Source: Pseudomonadota bacterium (GTDB taxonomy: Bacteria > Pseudomonadota > Alphaproteobacteria > CACIAM-22H2). Taken from it: a DNA stretch of 27,171 nucleotides. Position 1 is the stretch's first letter. The number at the start of each line of letters is the position of its first letter. A program made the translations under genes and the position numbers. Below the pieces are notes generated by a model. The model ran no database searches and was not told the DNA's origin. It saw only the letters and a list, made by a program, of their open reading frames with translations. The DNA lies in contig JAIUNH010000001.1 in NCBI GenBank assembly GCA_020161965.1, positions 1-27,171 on the forward strand, read 5' to 3'. This document shows positions 25,548 through 27,171 of this stretch, piece after piece.

Positions 25548-26588
25548 TTACTCCGCCGCTTGCGCGGGACGCGTATGGCGCGTGGCTTCGGTTTCGCCAT
25601 GAGTGGCGAGAAGCTCGCGCAGCTTGCGGCGCATCACGAGGCCGGGCTTGTCCGACGGCATATGCTGTTCGAATCGATCGTCGAGCGGCACATCGGGATC
25701 GCAGGATTCGAGGATCACCTTATCCTCCAGCGTCACCGCGCGGTCGAAGGCGTTGACGTCCTTGGCGGGGGCTTGTTCCTCGGTATCCGAGCGATAGCAC
25801 CATTGGACGAGCATGGTCATGTCGTCGGTCATCGGCGTCGCCGCCGTGATGATCGTGTGGCGCAGGCCGTTCGGATACGTGATGCCGAGGCGCCGCACGA
25901 ACGGCATGAACCAAGTGTTCTTGACCCGGCGCACCGTGTCGCCCGGCGTGGCGCTGAGCACCTTCGACGCGAGATCTCCGCGGATCTTCACGGGAATTTC
26001 GGCGCGCAGATGGAAGCCGTAATCGAATTCCTCGATCTCGTTCTTCGCGGGGATCGGTTCCGACGCTTCGCCGAAGGTCTTGCGATGCGTGAAGGCGACA
26101 TGCGCGTTGTCGAAGGAATTCTCCATCAAACGCAAGGCGCCGATCTTCCAGGATTCATAGAACTGGTCGATATGGCGCAGGCCCGGCTCGTCGGCCTCAG
26201 GGATATGCGGCAATTCGGCCAGCGGTTCGCCGAGCACGACCCAAATATGGCCGTAACGTTCGGCGGCCTGATAGCCGCCGATGCGCATCTTGCCGGTCGC
26301 GGTCGGGTTTTCGCGCTGGGGAATGCGCACGCATTTACCCGAGCCCTCGAAGGTCCAGCCGTGATAACCGCAGACGACGTTGCCGTCCTGCAGGAAGCCG
26401 AGCGAGAGCTTGGCCGAGCGATGCGGGCAGCGATCCTCGATGCAGGCGATGCCGCCGTCGGCTTGACGCCACAGGACGATATTCTGTCCCAGCAGCGTAA
26501 ACCCGAAGGGTTTGTCTTCCGTCACATCCGTCGCGCGCGCGACGGGGTACCAGAAACGGCGCAGCACCGGTTGCTTGGTGTTCAGCAT
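25548..26588 (-). CDS. Rieske non-heme iron oxygenase alpha subunit B, a tandem paralog
   Basis: CPH...CGYHGW, ENSFDNAHVAFTH and EDK; colinear with 24511-25542; GGAG SD. Confidence 0.92.
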   Translation of the reverse strand: MLNTKQPVLRRFWYPVARATDVTEDKPFGFTLLGQNIVLWRQADGGIACIEDRCPHRSAKLSLGFLQDGNVVCGYHGWTFEGSGKCVRIPQRENPTATGKMRIGGYQAAERYGHIWVVLGEPLAELPHIPEADEPGLRHIDQFYESWKIGALRLMENSFDNAHVAFTHRKTFGEASEPIPAKNEIEEFDYGFHLRAEIPVKIRGDLASKVLSATPGDTVRRVKNTWFMPFVRRLGITYPNGLRHTIITAATPMTDDMTMLVQWCYRSDTEEQAPAKDVNAFDRAVTLEDKVILESCDPDVPLDDRFEQHMPSDKPGLVMRRKLRELLATHGETEATRHTRPAQAAE

Positions 26589-26619
26589 GAGGATCGCTCC
26601 CGATCTTCGTGTCCGCGGC

Positions 26620-27171
26620 TTAGAGGCCGCGGCGCTTGTTGATGAAGTCCAGCGTGAAGCCCGAACGCCAGTCGAAATCGGGCTTGTACAGGCCCTGATC
26701 GCGCATCATCTCGAAATGGCCCTTGAAGCGCTCTTCGGTGATCGCGCCGATGCCAAATTTCTTGGCGTCGTCGTTCACGATCAGCTCGTATTTCTTCATC
26801 GTCTCGACGGCGAAGGCCATCAATTCGGGCGTGTTGTCGGGGTTGTCCTTCTGGATCAGCGCGTTTCCGGCGGTCGGATCCTTCAGGTAATCGATCCAGC
26901 CGTCGATCGTGCCGTCGACGAAGCACTGCACGTTCTTCGGCTTTTCCTTGATGTACTTCGTCGGGAAGACGATCAGCGACGAGTAGGAGAGATAGCCGAA
27001 ATCGGCGAACAGGAAGATCTTCGGATCGACATTGCCTTCCGTCTTCACCTTGAACGGCTCGCTCGATACGAAGCCTTGCTGGATCGCGTTCTTGTCGATC
27101 AGCCACGGGCCCATCTGGAACGTGTAGGGACGGATTTGCGCATCCGTGAATCCGTAGCGCGCGCGCAGGAA
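26620..27171 (-). CDS. C-terminal part of an NMT1/THI5-like ABC substrate-binding protein (start beyond the right edge)
   Basis: Open in frame to base 27171 (FLRARYGFTDAQIRPYTFQMGPW...QQGFVSSEPF...FLFADFGY..YS...GIGA.T.ER); TAA at 26620-26622. Confidence 0.85.
   Translation of the reverse strand, partial: FLRARYGFTDAQIRPYTFQMGPWLIDKNAIQQGFVSSEPFKVKTEGNVDPKIFLFADFGYLSYSSLIVFPTKYIKEKPKNVQCFVDGTIDGWIDYLKDPTAGNALIQKDNPDNTPELMAFAVETMKKYELIVNDDAKKFGIGAITEERFKGHFEMMRDQGLYKPDFDWRSGFTLDFINKRRGL

Noticed and set aside
24511-26588. Annotation as vanA, linked to the gal cluster as syringate/vanillate demethylases
   Set aside because: No vanB is visible, the genes are about 19 kb from gal in a different operon, and the motifs look closer to Ndm-type enzymes. 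Not excluded, but unsupported.
1-27171. Mobile elements, CRISPR arrays, rRNA/tRNA, riboswitches and frameshifted pseudogenes
   Set aside because: No transposase, integrase or phage motifs, no regularly spaced repeats and no RNA-gene signatures were seen. Intergenic gaps are at most about 130 bp and all called genes appear intact. An Infernal/Rfam scan would be needed to exclude small RNAs formally.

Overview
GC-rich (about two-thirds GC by eye), gene-dense bacterial DNA, most consistent with an alphaproteobacterium, made up of catabolic and transport modules. (1) 1-8480: a gallate/protocatechuate meta-cleavage region. A central LysR gene has a twin 38-bp operator on each side. The leftward operon is alpha/beta hydrolase-ligA-ligB (truncated by the window edge). 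The rightward operon is galB-galC-NAD(P)-dependent oxidoreductase-galA, followed by a Tat-exported IorAB-type molybdoenzyme. (2) 8490-12431: a YcbK/M15 peptidase with a small membrane protein, divergent from a MASE1-type sensor kinase, a FixJ-type regulator and a cysteine-free Rrf2 regulator. (3) 12428-21171: two Asp/Glu/hydantoin racemase-family paralogs with missing catalytic Cys residues, an SDR and a ribokinase, plus an IclR-cupin-NitT/TauT ABC-atypical DHDPS-family-DUF4286-like operon. (4) 21295-27171: a DUF3750 gene, then a second NitT/TauT ABC operon carrying two tandem NdmA/NdmB-like Rieske oxygenases and a creatininase-family hydrolase, with no reductase visible in the window. No rRNA, tRNA, CRISPR array, transposase or integrase was recognised. 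The best candidates for undescribed biology are the tandem-Rieske/creatininase uptake operon, the Cys-deficient racemase pair, the non-canonical DHDPS operon and the galD-less gallate operon. All family calls come from motif recognition and memory; no database searches were run.
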